Notes under the pieces: generated by a model
The model's input: the letters and a program-made list of their open reading frames with translations, nothing else
The model's database searches: none
What the model was told of the DNA's origin: nothing
Source: Pseudomonadota bacterium
Lineage (GTDB): Bacteria; Pseudomonadota; Gammaproteobacteria; Burkholderiales; JAKAFK01
Direction: 5' to 3'
Length of the DNA stretch: 64,000 nt
Assembly (NCBI GenBank): GCA_021817985.1
Contig: JAKAFK010000010.1
Span: 18,710 to 82,709, forward strand
Translations under genes and position numbers: made by a program
Part shown: in pieces, positions 36,991 through 47,368 of the stretch
Layout of the letters: every line of letters starts with the position of its first letter
Numbering within the stretch: the first letter of the stretch is position 1

Positions 36991-38760
36991 ATGATCCCGA
37001 GAGGGCGCCGACCCGGCCGGTGGCCACTGTTGCTCCTTTGGGCGCTGTTCGTCTTCCATCCGGCACAGGCCGCAGGATTCACCTATCAGGTGGAAATCGA
37101 CGCGCCGCCGCCATTCCGGAAGCTGCTGGAAAACAATCTGCAGATCGTGACTTGGCGCGGCAGTCGACGCATGGATCTGACGATCCTGCGAAGCGTGTTC
37201 CGGAAGACGCCCGAGCGCATCCTGACGCTCATGGAGACCGAGGGATATTATTCACCCACCATCGACACCTCGCTGAGCGTCCGTTCGGGACAGTGGGTGG
37301 CGCGTCTGCGCGTCGTGCCCAACGCACCCTCGCGCGTGGCGACGCTGCGCCTCACGCTGGCGGGCGCGCTGACCGCCGACCCCAAGGCTTATGCGCAGGC
37401 GCTGTCTACGCTGCGCGGCCAATGGCGGGTCAAGCCCGGAAACGTGTTCCGCACGCGAGACTGGGAGAACGCCAAGCGCCGCGCGCTGCTGACGCTGTGG
37501 CGGCGCTATCCCGGGGCGAAACTGGCTTTCAGCCGTGCAACGGTCGATCCCCAGACCCGTCGGGTGGCCCTGGAGGCCGCTTTCGACAGCGGTCCGCTGT
37601 TTACCTTCGGCCGCGTGACGATCGCCGGGCTGCATCGTTACTCGCCGGCGCTGGTGGAAAATTACGATCCGATCAAGCCCGGGGAGCCCTATTCGCAGGC
37701 CAAGCTGCTGGAGTTCCAGCGGGGGCTGCAGGATAGCGGGTATTTCCTGACCGCCTACGTCACCGCCGTGACCCACCCGGCAAGCCCCCGGCAGGTGCCC
37801 ATCCGGGTGCAGGTGGTCGAGAATCCGAGCCGGAAATTGACTTTCGGCGTGGGCTACGACACCGACCTCGGGGCGCTTCTCGAAGGGGGCTATGAGGACC
37901 ACAATCTGCTGGGCCGGGCTTGGGATTGGAAGAACGTGCTCAAGCTTCAGACCAAGGCGCAGTCGGTCACGACTCAGCTGCTGCTGCCCGCCCCCCTGAA
38001 TGCCTATCACTACGGGGCGTCCGTCAATTTCACGCGCAGCAACCTGGAAGGCTTGGTCAACACGGCCTTCCAGGCCGCCGGCCAACGCACGCGGACCACG
38101 CCGCAGCGGGTGTCGACCCAGTCCCTTCAATATCTGGTGGACCACAATGAAATTGCCGGTGTCCCGAGCACGACGGACCATGCCCTGATGCCGGATCAGC
38201 TGTGGACGTTCAGGCATGTCAACAACCTGCTGTACCCTCAACGCGGGTATATGGCGACGTTCGAAATCGGGGCGGGGGCGAAGGCTCTCGCCTCGGACCA
38301 GAACTTCGTGCGCAGCCATGGCAAGGCGATCGTGTTCGCGCCGCTCGATGCCGATGCCAAGGATATCCTGATCCTGCGGGGCGAATACGGCGTCGTGGCC
38401 GCGCGCAGCCGGGCCGGCATCCCCCTCGCCCTGCTGTTCCGCGCCGGCGGCGATAGTTCGATCCGCGGCTACGCTTACCAAAGCATCGGGGTGCACGAGG
38501 CGGGGGCGATCGTGGGCGGGCGCTATCTGCTGGACGGGAGCGTCGAGATCGACCATTGGTTCACGCCCGTATGGGGGGGCGCCGTGTTCTATGACGTGGG
38601 CAATGCCGCCGACAGCGTGCGCGACCTGCGCCCGTTTTTTTCCGGCTACGGCGTGGGCGCGCGCTGGAGAAGCCCTGTGGGACCGATCAATGTGGACTTG
38701 GCCTATGGCCAGGCAACCCACGCCGTTCGTCTCCACTTCGCCGTCGGGTTTACGTTCTGA
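36991..38760 (+). CDS. tamA: translocation and assembly module outer-membrane protein TamA (Omp85 family)
   Basis: ATG 36991 gives MIPRGRRPGRWPLLLLWALFVFHPAQA (signal peptide). POTRA-like N-terminus and a C-terminal beta-barrel ending ...HFAVGFTF. Followed by tamB. Confidence 0.85.
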   Translation: MIPRGRRPGRWPLLLLWALFVFHPAQAAGFTYQVEIDAPPPFRKLLENNLQIVTWRGSRRMDLTILRSVFRKTPERILTLMETEGYYSPTIDTSLSVRSGQWVARLRVVPNAPSRVATLRLTLAGALTADPKAYAQALSTLRGQWRVKPGNVFRTRDWENAKRRALLTLWRRYPGAKLAFSRATVDPQTRRVALEAAFDSGPLFTFGRVTIAGLHRYSPALVENYDPIKPGEPYSQAKLLEFQRGLQDSGYFLTAYVTAVTHPASPRQVPIRVQVVENPSRKLTFGVGYDTDLGALLEGGYEDHNLLGRAWDWKNVLKLQTKAQSVTTQLLLPAPLNAYHYGASVNFTRSNLEGLVNTAFQAAGQRTRTTPQRVSTQSLQYLVDHNEIAGVPSTTDHALMPDQLWTFRHVNNLLYPQRGYMATFEIGAGAKALASDQNFVRSHGKAIVFAPLDADAKDILILRGEYGVVAARSRAGIPLALLFRAGGDSSIRGYAYQSIGVHEAGAIVGGRYLLDGSVEIDHWFTPVWGGAVFYDVGNAADSVRDLRPFFSGYGVGARWRSPVGPINVDLAYGQATHAVRLHFAVGFTF

Positions 38761-41700
38761 TGGGCGAGGCCGGACGTTCGGGAAAGCGATGGCGCCAGCG
38801 CGCGTCCGTTGTCGGAGTGTCGGCGGCTTTGCTGGCCGCGTTGCTTTGGCTGTCTGGGCAAGGGGTCGTGCTGCGCTGGCTGGCACGGACAGCGACCCGC
38901 ATGAGCGCGGGACGGCTTGTCCTTCGGGATGTCGGCGGCTCGCTATACGGGCCCATCGACATCCGATATCTGAGCCTCTCGACGCGGCACTATCGGATCG
39001 TGGCGAGGGACGTCGAGGCCGACTGGTCGCCCCGAGCGCTTCTGCTGCAAGGTGCGCTCCACATCGACCCGCTGCACGTCCGTGACCTCGACCTTTGGCC
39101 GATCGGGCCGCCCTCTCGCACACGGGAACCCGTGTCGCTCAGGTTGCCATTGCCCTTGACCCTGGCGGTAGGCCAAGTCGGGCGCATGACCTTTCATGCC
39201 CGGGCGCGTGCCTTGGTCTTCGATCACCTCCGCTTCTCGTTCTCCGGCTCGGCGGCTCGAAACCATCTGCGCTTGGCGGGGGCGGATACCCCTTGGGGGG
39301 CGGTTTCAGGGCGGCTCACCATCGGTGCCGATGCCCCCTATGCGCTTTCCGGCGCATGGCGGGTGGTCGGCGCAAAGCCGCTCCATCCTTATACCCTGTG
39401 GGCGCGGGTTGGCGGCACGCTCCCGGCGATAAGCCTCGTCGCGGAGGGTGCGATGGCGGGTGCGAGCGCGGCCGGGTCGGCCAGTCTCACGCCGTTTGGG
39501 CGCACCAGCCCCATCGCCTCGGCGACGGTGAACGTCCGGCATCTCAACCCCCGACATCTGGTGGCGCGGGCACCGCATGCGGATTTGGATGTCTCCGTCC
39601 GCTTTATCGTTCGCCCCAATGGGCAGGCGGCAGGCGTCGCTTCGGTGGTGAACGCGCTGCCCGGGCCGCTCAATGCGCATCGGCTTCCGCTGGTGCGTTT
39701 TGGCGCGCGCTTCGCCGGCACGCGAGCGCATCTTGTGCTTGCTCCGATCTCGGCGGATTTCGGGCGGGCGGGCGTGTTGGAGGGCGCAGGGGTGTTCGAG
39801 CAGGGGCGCTTGACGGTAAGGCTTTCGACCTCGGCCCTCAATCTCCGGGCGCTCGATCCGCCCCTGAAAGCGACGCGGTTGTCGGGTACGGTGTGGGTGC
39901 AGGCGACATCCAAACGGCAGGACGTAAAGGCGACGCTCACCCAAAGCCGCTATGCCTTTCGGCTGGATGCCACCCATAGGGCTGAAGTCCTCATTGTGCG
40001 GGAGGCGCAGGCGGCGGCCGAGGGCTCGATGGCCACGGCGCATGGCCGGGTCGATCTTTCCGGCGCACGTGCGTTCCAGTTCGGCGGCAAGCTCGAGCGC
40101 TTCGATCCCGCGCATTTTGGGCGTTTTCCGGCGGGGGATATCAACGCGCGGTTCTCGACGCAGGGGCATCTTGCGCACGCGTGGGCTGCGAAGGGGCAGT
40201 TCCTGTTGCGCCAAAGCCGCTTGCGCGGGCGGCCGCTCTCGGGCCATGGGACGTTTCAGGTGCGGGAGGGTGCCGCTCTTGGCGCTCAGGTGTCGCTTCG
40301 GGTCGGCAGGGACAGGCTCGAAGTGCACGGCAGCGTGGGGATGCCCGCTGCCCGACTGGCGTGGCGGATCGACGCGCCGCAGATGGCCGACGTCGACCCG
40401 CGCATGCGGGGCAGCCTGGCGGGAGCGGGCGTCGTCGCGGGGCGGCTCACCTCGCCATCGGGCCGCCTCGAGTTGAGTGGAGATCGCCTCTCATGGGGCA
40501 ATCGGTACCGGGTGGGCCGGTTGCGCATCGACGGGACCATGGCCCACGGGTTGGCCGGCACCGCCTCCCTTAGACTCGTCATGTCGCAGGTGCGCGTGCC
40601 GCGGCTGCAGGCCCGCTCGGTCAAGGTCCGGGTGCATGGCAGTGCCCGGGCGCACGTGCTCGAAGCGGTGGCCACGGGCGATCACTTCGACTGGACCCTG
40701 CGGGCGGCGGGCTCCTGGCGGCGTGTGCGAGGCTGGCGCGGAAGCATCGAGCGGCTGACGAACCGCGGCCGCAATCCGGTCACCCTGACGGCGCCGGCGT
40801 CGCTTGCCATCGGCCCGGGCTATTTCCGCCTTACGCACGCGGACTTCCGAGTCGGTGGCGGGGTCTTGGCGATTCGCACATTGTCCCGCGAGCGGGGCGT
40901 GCTGGCCACCCGCGGCGATCTGGCAGGCGTGAGCACGACGCTTTTGACCCCGCTCGTCTCCGCGCCAGGCTACCGTACGTCCTTGACGGTGAGCGGGAAC
41001 TGGTCCCTGACGGTTGCACGTACGGTCAACGGCCACTTTGCCTTGCACCGTGACCAGGGCGACATCACCGTGCTCACGGAGCATCCCTTGGCATTGGGGC
41101 TCAGCACTCTGGGCGTGCAGGTGGAAGTGGTGGACGATCGGATCAGCGCACGTCTGGATGCGGCGGGGCGGCAACTCGGCGCCCTTGACGCCGCGGCGCG
41201 GACGATGCTCGCGCGGCGAGATGGGACGTGGGGCGTGGCACCGAGCGCGCCGTTCGATGCCCGCATCGCGATGAACGTTCAATCGATTGCCTGGGCTGAC
41301 GCCTTGATGCCTGGCGGCATAGCGATCAATGGGGCGCTTGCCGTGCGGGCGCAAGCGCAGGGCACCTTCGGTCGGCCGGCATGGACGGGCAGCTTCCAGG
41401 GCGAGCGGCTCGCGATCTCGGTGCCGGATGCGGGAACGCGGCTCAAGGATGGCGTGCTGCAAGGAACGCTCAAAGGCCGCACCCTGATGCTGGAGAAGTT
41501 GGCCTTCCAGGGGCCGACGGGCACCCTCACCGGCACGGGTCGGATGGCGCTGGGCACGGCGCTCTCGCTCGACTTGGCGCTCAACGCGCATGATCTCGAG
41601 GTGCTGTCGCGTCCGGACCGCAGCCTGACGGTTACGGGCACCCTTGCGACGAGCCTTGCGCCAGCGGGGCTGACCGTCAAGGGGCAGCTCACGGCGAACC

Positions 41701-42542
41701 AGGCGCGGATCGAATGGATGCCCCGGCAGGGGCCGGTCCTGAGTGCCGATGTCGTGGTGCTCGGGCGTCCGCCGAAGCCGGTGAAGCAGGCGCGTTTGCC
41801 GACGGTGGTCGATGTGCGCTTCGATCTGGGACCGGATTTTCGTTTCAAGGGGATCGGCGCGGATGTTCAACTGGCAGGCGTGATCGCCGTGCAAAGCCAC
41901 GGTGCCGCCATCCCGGGGGGGTATGGGCTCATCCGTGTGGTGAAGGGTACATACTCAGCCTATGGCCAGTCCTTGACGGTCACGCGCGGGTTCATCACGT
42001 TCGCCGGGCCGCTCGACGACCCGGCGCTCAATCTGGTGGCGATGCGCCTCCCGCACACGGCGCAGGCGCGCCTCGGCGTCACGCCTGCCGTGGAGGCCGG
42101 GGTGAGCGTCACCGGCACGGCGTTGGCGCCGCGCGTCCAGCTTGTCTCGGTGCCGGATGTCCCCGATACCGAGAAATTGTCCTGGCTTGTCCTGGGGCAT
42201 GGGCTGGAGGGCGTGACGAGCGGGGACGAATTCGCCGCCTTGCAGGCCGCGGCCAGTGCGTTTTCCTCGGGCAGTGCCTCCTCCTCGCTGCAGACGCGCA
42301 TCGCGCACGCCCTGGGACTGTCATCGGTGGGTGTCCAGGCCGGCACTGGCGGCTTGGCGGGATCCCTCGTGACCTTGGGCAAACGCATCTCGTCGCGCGC
42401 TTATGTCACCTATGAGCGCGGCTTGACGGGCGCGGAGAATATTGTGAAGATTCGCTACATCCTTTCGCGCCGCTGGTCTGTCCAGGCGGAGACCGGCAGC
42501 GCAAGCGGACTGGATTTGTTCTATACCCTTCTCTTCCACTGA
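38760..42542 (+). CDS. tamB: translocation and assembly module protein TamB (DUF490)
   Basis: 1260 aa with an N-terminal anchor (VVGVSAALLAALLWL), a long beta-rich repetitive body and a DUF490-like C-terminus (...RWSVQAETGSASGLDLFYTLLFH). Its ATG overlaps the tamA stop. Confidence 0.85.
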   Translation: MGEAGRSGKRWRQRASVVGVSAALLAALLWLSGQGVVLRWLARTATRMSAGRLVLRDVGGSLYGPIDIRYLSLSTRHYRIVARDVEADWSPRALLLQGALHIDPLHVRDLDLWPIGPPSRTREPVSLRLPLPLTLAVGQVGRMTFHARARALVFDHLRFSFSGSAARNHLRLAGADTPWGAVSGRLTIGADAPYALSGAWRVVGAKPLHPYTLWARVGGTLPAISLVAEGAMAGASAAGSASLTPFGRTSPIASATVNVRHLNPRHLVARAPHADLDVSVRFIVRPNGQAAGVASVVNALPGPLNAHRLPLVRFGARFAGTRAHLVLAPISADFGRAGVLEGAGVFEQGRLTVRLSTSALNLRALDPPLKATRLSGTVWVQATSKRQDVKATLTQSRYAFRLDATHRAEVLIVREAQAAAEGSMATAHGRVDLSGARAFQFGGKLERFDPAHFGRFPAGDINARFSTQGHLAHAWAAKGQFLLRQSRLRGRPLSGHGTFQVREGAALGAQVSLRVGRDRLEVHGSVGMPAARLAWRIDAPQMADVDPRMRGSLAGAGVVAGRLTSPSGRLELSGDRLSWGNRYRVGRLRIDGTMAHGLAGTASLRLVMSQVRVPRLQARSVKVRVHGSARAHVLEAVATGDHFDWTLRAAGSWRRVRGWRGSIERLTNRGRNPVTLTAPASLAIGPGYFRLTHADFRVGGGVLAIRTLSRERGVLATRGDLAGVSTTLLTPLVSAPGYRTSLTVSGNWSLTVARTVNGHFALHRDQGDITVLTEHPLALGLSTLGVQVEVVDDRISARLDAAGRQLGALDAAARTMLARRDGTWGVAPSAPFDARIAMNVQSIAWADALMPGGIAINGALAVRAQAQGTFGRPAWTGSFQGERLAISVPDAGTRLKDGVLQGTLKGRTLMLEKLAFQGPTGTLTGTGRMALGTALSLDLALNAHDLEVLSRPDRSLTVTGTLATSLAPAGLTVKGQLTANQARIEWMPRQGPVLSADVVVLGRPPKPVKQARLPTVVDVRFDLGPDFRFKGIGADVQLAGVIAVQSHGAAIPGGYGLIRVVKGTYSAYGQSLTVTRGFITFAGPLDDPALNLVAMRLPHTAQARLGVTPAVEAGVSVTGTALAPRVQLVSVPDVPDTEKLSWLVLGHGLEGVTSGDEFAALQAAASAFSSGSASSSLQTRIAHALGLSSVGVQAGTGGLAGSLVTLGKRISSRAYVTYERGLTGAENIVKIRYILSRRWSVQAETGSASGLDLFYTLLFH

Positions 42543-42586
42543 AGCGGGAAAGACCGGCTTCGCTGATCGGCAGGCCGCCATCGCTC

Positions 42587-43369
42587 ATGCTCATCGATAC
42601 CCACGCCCATCTCGATGCATCGGAGTTCGCGCCCGACCGTGACGCGGTGGTCGACGCCGCACGCGCCCAAGGCGTGGGCTGCATCGTCGTGCCGGGGGTG
42701 AGCTGGGAGAACCTGCCCGCGGTGCTTGCCACCTGCCGGCGTTATGCGTTGTGCGTGCCGGCCCTCGGCTTGCATCCGCTGTATGTCGGCAGCCATCGTC
42801 CGGAGCATCTGGCGGGTTTGCGCGAGTGGGTGGCGCGCGAGCGGCCCGTGGCGATCGGCGAGATCGGACTCGACTATTATGTGCCCGGGGTGGACCCTGC
42901 CGCGCAGGCGTATTACTTCGTCGAACAGCTGCGCATTGCGCGCGCGTTCGATCTGCCGGTCCTTCTCCATGTTCGCAAGGCCCATGACCAAGCGCTCAAG
43001 CTATTGCGTCGCATGGGGGTGGACAGGGGTATCGCGCACGCGTTCAACGGCAGCGCCCAGCAGGCGCAGGCCTTCATCAAGCAAGGCTTCAAATTGGGGT
43101 TCGGGGGCGCGCTGACTTTTCCGCGGGCGCTCAAGTTGCGTGCGCTGGCCCGCGAGCTGCCCTTGGGAGCGATCGTGCTGGAGACCGATGCGCCCGATAT
43201 ACCGCCGATCGATGCGGGCAGAGGGCGCAACAGCCCGCAATATCTGCGCGCCATCGCCCAATGCGTGGCCGACCTGCGGGCGATGCCGTTCGAGGACTTG
43301 GCGGAAGCGACCACGATCAACGCCAGGGAGGTGCTGGCGCTTCGGGCGTGCAGCGGTGGGACCGGGTGA
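42587..43369 (+). CDS. TatD-family metal-dependent hydrolase
   Basis: MLIDTHAHLDASEF (HxH)...EIGLDYY...LLHVRKAHD...ETDAPD. Confidence 0.88.
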   Translation: MLIDTHAHLDASEFAPDRDAVVDAARAQGVGCIVVPGVSWENLPAVLATCRRYALCVPALGLHPLYVGSHRPEHLAGLREWVARERPVAIGEIGLDYYVPGVDPAAQAYYFVEQLRIARAFDLPVLLHVRKAHDQALKLLRRMGVDRGIAHAFNGSAQQAQAFIKQGFKLGFGGALTFPRALKLRALARELPLGAIVLETDAPDIPPIDAGRGRNSPQYLRAIAQCVADLRAMPFEDLAEATTINAREVLALRACSGGTG

Positions 43370-43558
43370 GTTGTCAGGCGTCGGCGTCCGCCCCGGCGCG
43401 CGGGCAAAGGGCGGATCGCCGATCGCAGAACATCCGCAAGACGCGCGGGAGGCCTCGGCGTTCACACCGGGGAGAGCTCAGGCAGCGGCCGCGCGGCGAA
43501 TGTGCATCGCCTCCTCAAGAGATGCGGTGCGTATGGGCTGGAATTCCTGGTATGAGGC

Positions 43559-43756
43559 CTACGGGGTGTTGTACGAGCCGCCAGCGCCCGGGCTGGACTG
43601 ATTGTCCATGCCCGAACCGGGTGGGCTGCCCGTTCCCGGCAGATAGCCCGAATTCGCACTGGGATGCGACGGAACGGGGGTGGCGGACGATGCGCACCCT
43701 CCGAGGAATGAACCCACTGACACGGCGATCGCGGCGATCGCAAGCCACTTTTTCAT
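43559..43756 (-). CDS. small lipoprotein (65 aa), Gly/Ser/Pro-rich
   Basis: MKKWLAIAAIAVSVGSFLGGCASS is a classic lipobox (LGGC). Confidence 0.6.
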   Translation of the reverse strand: MKKWLAIAAIAVSVGSFLGGCASSATPVPSHPSANSGYLPGTGSPPGSGMDNQSSPGAGGSYNTP

Positions 43757-44004
43757 GACGCATGCTCCTCAAAGCGAGGGACTTTTTGTCGCATGCGGAG
43801 CATACGCCCCACGCGAGCCCCTGTGGCTCCCTTGAAAGCCATCGGTGGTCAGGTGGCGCGGCGCCGCGTTACGGCGCAGCAGCGGGTGGCCGCACGCCGT
43901 TCTTGACGCCGTGCCCCGTCATCGAAGTATGATTTAATTTTAGTCCGCTCAATGTCCCTTGGACGAAGTGTGTACGGCTTGTCATGTGAAGGGCCGTAAG
44001 GCGC

Positions 44005-44766
44005 ATGTCGGGCCGGTTTGGAGAAGAAAACAGGATGGGCGTGCAGGCGCCGCAGTTCGAGAGAACCCGCATCTTGGTGGGTGAAGAGGGCATCAGCCGG
44101 TTGTCCCGTCGCCATGTGTTTCTGGCCGGACTCGGGGGCGTCGGGTCCTATTGTGCCGAGGCGCTGGTGCGCGCGGGCATCGGGCGACTTACCCTGGTCG
44201 ATCATGATTGCGTTGCGGCCAGCAACATCAACCGCCAGCTGCCCGCGCTTCTGAGCACGGTGGGGAGACCTAAGATCGAGGTCATGCGGGAGCGCCTGCG
44301 GGATATCAATCCGGCATGCCTTATCGACGGGCGGCGGGAATTCATTACCGCGGAGAACGTCGACGGCCTCGTCCCGGACGGCGTCGACTATGTGATCGAC
44401 GCCATTGACTCGCTGGCGTGCAAGGTGGCCTTGGTGGCGCAAAGCGTCAAGCGCGGGCTCAGCGTCGCGTCGAGCATGGGGGCCGGCAACCGCCTGGATC
44501 CTTCCAGCGTGCGGATCGTCGACATCAGCCAGACGCGCGAGTGTGCATTGGCGCGCCAGATGCGCAAGCGCCTGTGGCGTCACCATGGGATCCGGACCGG
44601 CGTGCTGGCGGTCTATTCCTTCGAACCGGGGGCCGCGCCCTTGCCGCCACAACCGGTGGACGGCCCCGGGCGGCCCCGGGCGGTCAATGGGACCATCAGC
44701 TACATGCCGCCCATCTTCGGCCTCATGCTGGCCGGCGCCGTCATTCAGGAGCTGTTGGCCGGCTAA
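44005..44766 (+). CDS. tcdA: tRNA threonylcarbamoyladenosine dehydratase (ThiF/MoeB-like E1)
   Basis: VFLAGLGGVGSYCAEALVRAGIGRLTLVDHDCVAASNINRQ aligns with E. coli TcdA/CsdL. The start could be 44035. Confidence 0.85.
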   Translation: MSGRFGEENRMGVQAPQFERTRILVGEEGISRLSRRHVFLAGLGGVGSYCAEALVRAGIGRLTLVDHDCVAASNINRQLPALLSTVGRPKIEVMRERLRDINPACLIDGRREFITAENVDGLVPDGVDYVIDAIDSLACKVALVAQSVKRGLSVASSMGAGNRLDPSSVRIVDISQTRECALARQMRKRLWRHHGIRTGVLAVYSFEPGAAPLPPQPVDGPGRPRAVNGTISYMPPIFGLMLAGAVIQELLAG

Positions 44767-44785
44767 GGACGGCGTCGCGGGGCGC

Positions 44786-45331
44786 TCAGTCGTGCAGGAG
44801 CCCTGTCGGCAGCCCATCCACGCTGCGCTGGTTCTTGTCGTCCCAATAGGCTTCCAGGCCCGAAGGACCCTTCTTTTCCGCCCACTGGAGCAGGGTATCG
44901 CGCTGCGCGCGGAAGTCGAAGAGCGGGACGCCATAGCCGCACGAGGTTTGCACCGACTCGATGTCGGCCACGATGATCTGGCGCGCCCCGGCAAGCCGGG
45001 GAAAGTTCGCGTGGAGGCTCGCCCATTCTTCATGCCGCGGCTGGATGGCGCGCCCCTGCCCGTAAAGGCGAAGAATGAGGGGGGCGTCGTCGAAGCTGCA
45101 GAACATGAAGGTGATGCGCCCATCGCGCTTGAGGTGCGCGGCCGTCTCGTTGCCGCTGCCGGTAAGGTCGAGATAGGCGACACGGGAGGCGTTCAAAATG
45201 CGAAAACTGTCCAGGCCCTTGGGCGAGAGGTTGATTCGTCCCGAGGGCCCCGCGGTGGCGGTGAAGAACATCTGCTGCCGGCGGATGAATTCGCACAAGG
45301 CGGGCGTGAGTTCGGCATAGAACTTGGCCAT
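44786..45331 (-). CDS. pyridoxamine 5'-phosphate oxidase-family (FMN-binding split barrel) protein
   Basis: 181 aa: FFTATAGPSGRINLSPKG...ETAAHLKRDGRITFMFCSF. PNPOx-like. Confidence 0.8.
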   Translation of the reverse strand: MAKFYAELTPALCEFIRRQQMFFTATAGPSGRINLSPKGLDSFRILNASRVAYLDLTGSGNETAAHLKRDGRITFMFCSFDDAPLILRLYGQGRAIQPRHEEWASLHANFPRLAGARQIIVADIESVQTSCGYGVPLFDFRAQRDTLLQWAEKKGPSGLEAYWDDKNQRSVDGLPTGLLHD

Positions 45332-45497
45332 CGGGTGCGGGCTCCGTGCGTGTGAAGATGCCTATACGGTACTGAACCGGCGGTGGCCTGGCAAGCCCCA
45401 TGGCGAGCCTTGGGGGAAGCATCCGGACGCGCGCAATCTTTGTCGTGCGGGCCATCCGGGCCCGCCGAGTATTTTTCTCAGTCGGGATGCATTTGAC

Positions 45498-45932
45498 ATG
45501 GGCTACAAGCGAAAGGCCCGTATCTTGTTCGTGAGCAGGCTGGGTGCCGGTGCCCTGATCGCCCAGTCCTTCGCCCACACCTTGGGGGCGGCGTTCATCA
45601 CCGCGCGGGCCGGGGCCTGCGCCAGTCCCGCCTGCCTGGATCTGGCGCGAGAGATCATGCGCGAGACTGGCCTGGAGCCGGCGGCCGGGGAGCCCCTGCG
45701 CATGCCCGACGACACGGCGATCGCCTGGGCGGATCTGGTGGTGGCGATGGATGCCGCAGCCGACGCCCTCATCGCGCAGCGGCCGGGAGGGCCGCCAGTC
45801 AGGCGCTTTCCCCTCGAGGAGCCGGCACTCGCGGGGGGCGATGAGTATCGGGCGCTGCGCGAGCGCATCAGGGCGCGCGTCGAAGGCATGGTCGGCGGCA
45901 TGAGAATGCTGGAAAATCAATCCGAAATCTGA
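45498..45932 (+). CDS. LMW-PTP/ArsC-fold protein with a degenerate active site
   Basis: ARILFVSRLGAGALIAQSFA occupies the position of the CX5R(S/T) P-loop (e.g. ILFVCTGNSCRS), but both the Cys and the Arg are replaced. The ADLVVAMD-type motif is retained. Confidence 0.6.
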   Translation: MGYKRKARILFVSRLGAGALIAQSFAHTLGAAFITARAGACASPACLDLAREIMRETGLEPAAGEPLRMPDDTAIAWADLVVAMDAAADALIAQRPGGPPVRRFPLEEPALAGGDEYRALRERIRARVEGMVGGMRMLENQSEI

Positions 45933-45980
45933 GTATCATGGGTCCATTGAAAACCTTCCAACAATCGCCTGGAGAACCCT

Positions 45981-46535
45981 ATGCCCTCTCGTGCGAGCAC
46001 GCCGCCATCGGTGGCGGGCGGTGAGCAGAACAAGACGGAGCCCCTATCCCCCGAGGGGGGCGTGAATCTGAGGCAGTTCCTCGCGCACCAGCATCTGTGC
46101 CAGTCGCTGACGGCCTCCGAGATCAATACCCTTTTGGACTATCTTGCGCGCATGACGCTCAGGAAGGACGACATCCTGTCCGATATCGGCGATGTGGGGG
46201 ACGACCTTTATTTCGTCGTGCAGGGGGAGATCTCGCTCACGTTCGGCGACGGCGCGCAAGAAAAGGAGATCGTGCGTGCCGGCGCCGGGGAGATGCTGGG
46301 CGAGATGTCCTTCTTCGACAAGCAGCCGCGCTCGGTCCGGTTGGTGGCGAAGATGGACGGCACGGAAGTGCTCAAGCTCACGCGCGCGATGTACAAGCGC
46401 ATGAAGGTGGAGCATCCCTATATCGCCATCAATTTGGTGGAGCAGGCCATCATCAGCCTCGACCACCTGTTCCGCCGCGTGAGCGGAGACTTTGCCCAGT
46501 TTTCCCACTACTTCTACGGTTCGGGCATCCGCTGA
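45981..46535 (+). CDS. cyclic nucleotide-binding domain protein
   Basis: DDLYFVVQGEISLTF...AGEMLGEMSFFDKQPRSVRLVA is the canonical cNMP-binding beta-roll/phosphate-binding cassette. Confidence 0.75.
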   Translation: MPSRASTPPSVAGGEQNKTEPLSPEGGVNLRQFLAHQHLCQSLTASEINTLLDYLARMTLRKDDILSDIGDVGDDLYFVVQGEISLTFGDGAQEKEIVRAGAGEMLGEMSFFDKQPRSVRLVAKMDGTEVLKLTRAMYKRMKVEHPYIAINLVEQAIISLDHLFRRVSGDFAQFSHYFYGSGIR

Positions 46536-46551
46536 GCGCGTTGAGTCGGGC

Positions 46552-47181
46552 TCAATCGTGCGGTTCGGGATCCGGGCGGCGCCAGGGGGGCACGAGCGAA
46601 TGGGGGATGCGCAGTTGGTCCAGGATGCGGGCGACCACGAAGTCCACCAGATCGTTCATCGTCTGCGGACGATGGTAGAAGCCCGGATTGGCCGGTAGGA
46701 TGGTGGCGCCGGCGCGCGAGAGCCTGAGCATGTTCTCGAGGTGGATGGCCGAGAAAGGGGCCTCCCGCGGCACCAGGATGAGCGGTCTTCCCTCCTTGAG
46801 GGTCACGTCCGCGGCGCGCTCGATCAGGGTGGCGCTCATTCCCTGCGCGATCGCGGCGAGCGAGCCCATGCTGCAGGGGCACACGACCATCGCGTCGGCC
46901 ACGGCGGAACCGGAGGCGATCGGGGCAAACCACTCCTCGCGCCCGAACACGGTGATGCGTCCGGGGGCTCCCTTGAAACGGCTGCCCAGCCAGGCCTGGA
47001 ATTCCTGCGGGCGGGCGGGCAAGGCCAGGTCGAGTTCCTGCTTGGCCACGATCTGGGCGACCTGCGAATAGAGCAGGTAGACCTGGATGTCCTGGGCGGC
47101 CAGCAGCTCGAGCAGCCGGATGCCATAGATCATGCCGGATGCGCCGGTGAGGGCGAGGGTGACCGTCTTGGCGTTTTCCAT
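46552..47181 (-). CDS. ubiX: flavin prenyltransferase UbiX
   Basis: [27 protein letters not shown]...[15 protein letters not shown]...LILVPREAP. Confidence 0.9.
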   Translation of the reverse strand: MENAKTVTLALTGASGMIYGIRLLELLAAQDIQVYLLYSQVAQIVAKQELDLALPARPQEFQAWLGSRFKGAPGRITVFGREEWFAPIASGSAVADAMVVCPCSMGSLAAIAQGMSATLIERAADVTLKEGRPLILVPREAPFSAIHLENMLRLSRAGATILPANPGFYHRPQTMNDLVDFVVARILDQLRIPHSLVPPWRRPDPEPHD

Positions 47182-47368
47182 CGCCTCAGGACCCCTCACG
47201 GCAACGGGGCAGGGGCTCGCGCGGCAGCATGGACATGCGTTTACCTTGAGGCATTGAAGGTGTGTAGCTTATGCCGGAAAACAGGCCGCGTCCAGATCCC
47301 TTTCGGGGCTTCCGCGGCGGCGAGGGGGATGCTTGTGTCGTTGTCGTCCGGCGATCTCGTGACGCGAT

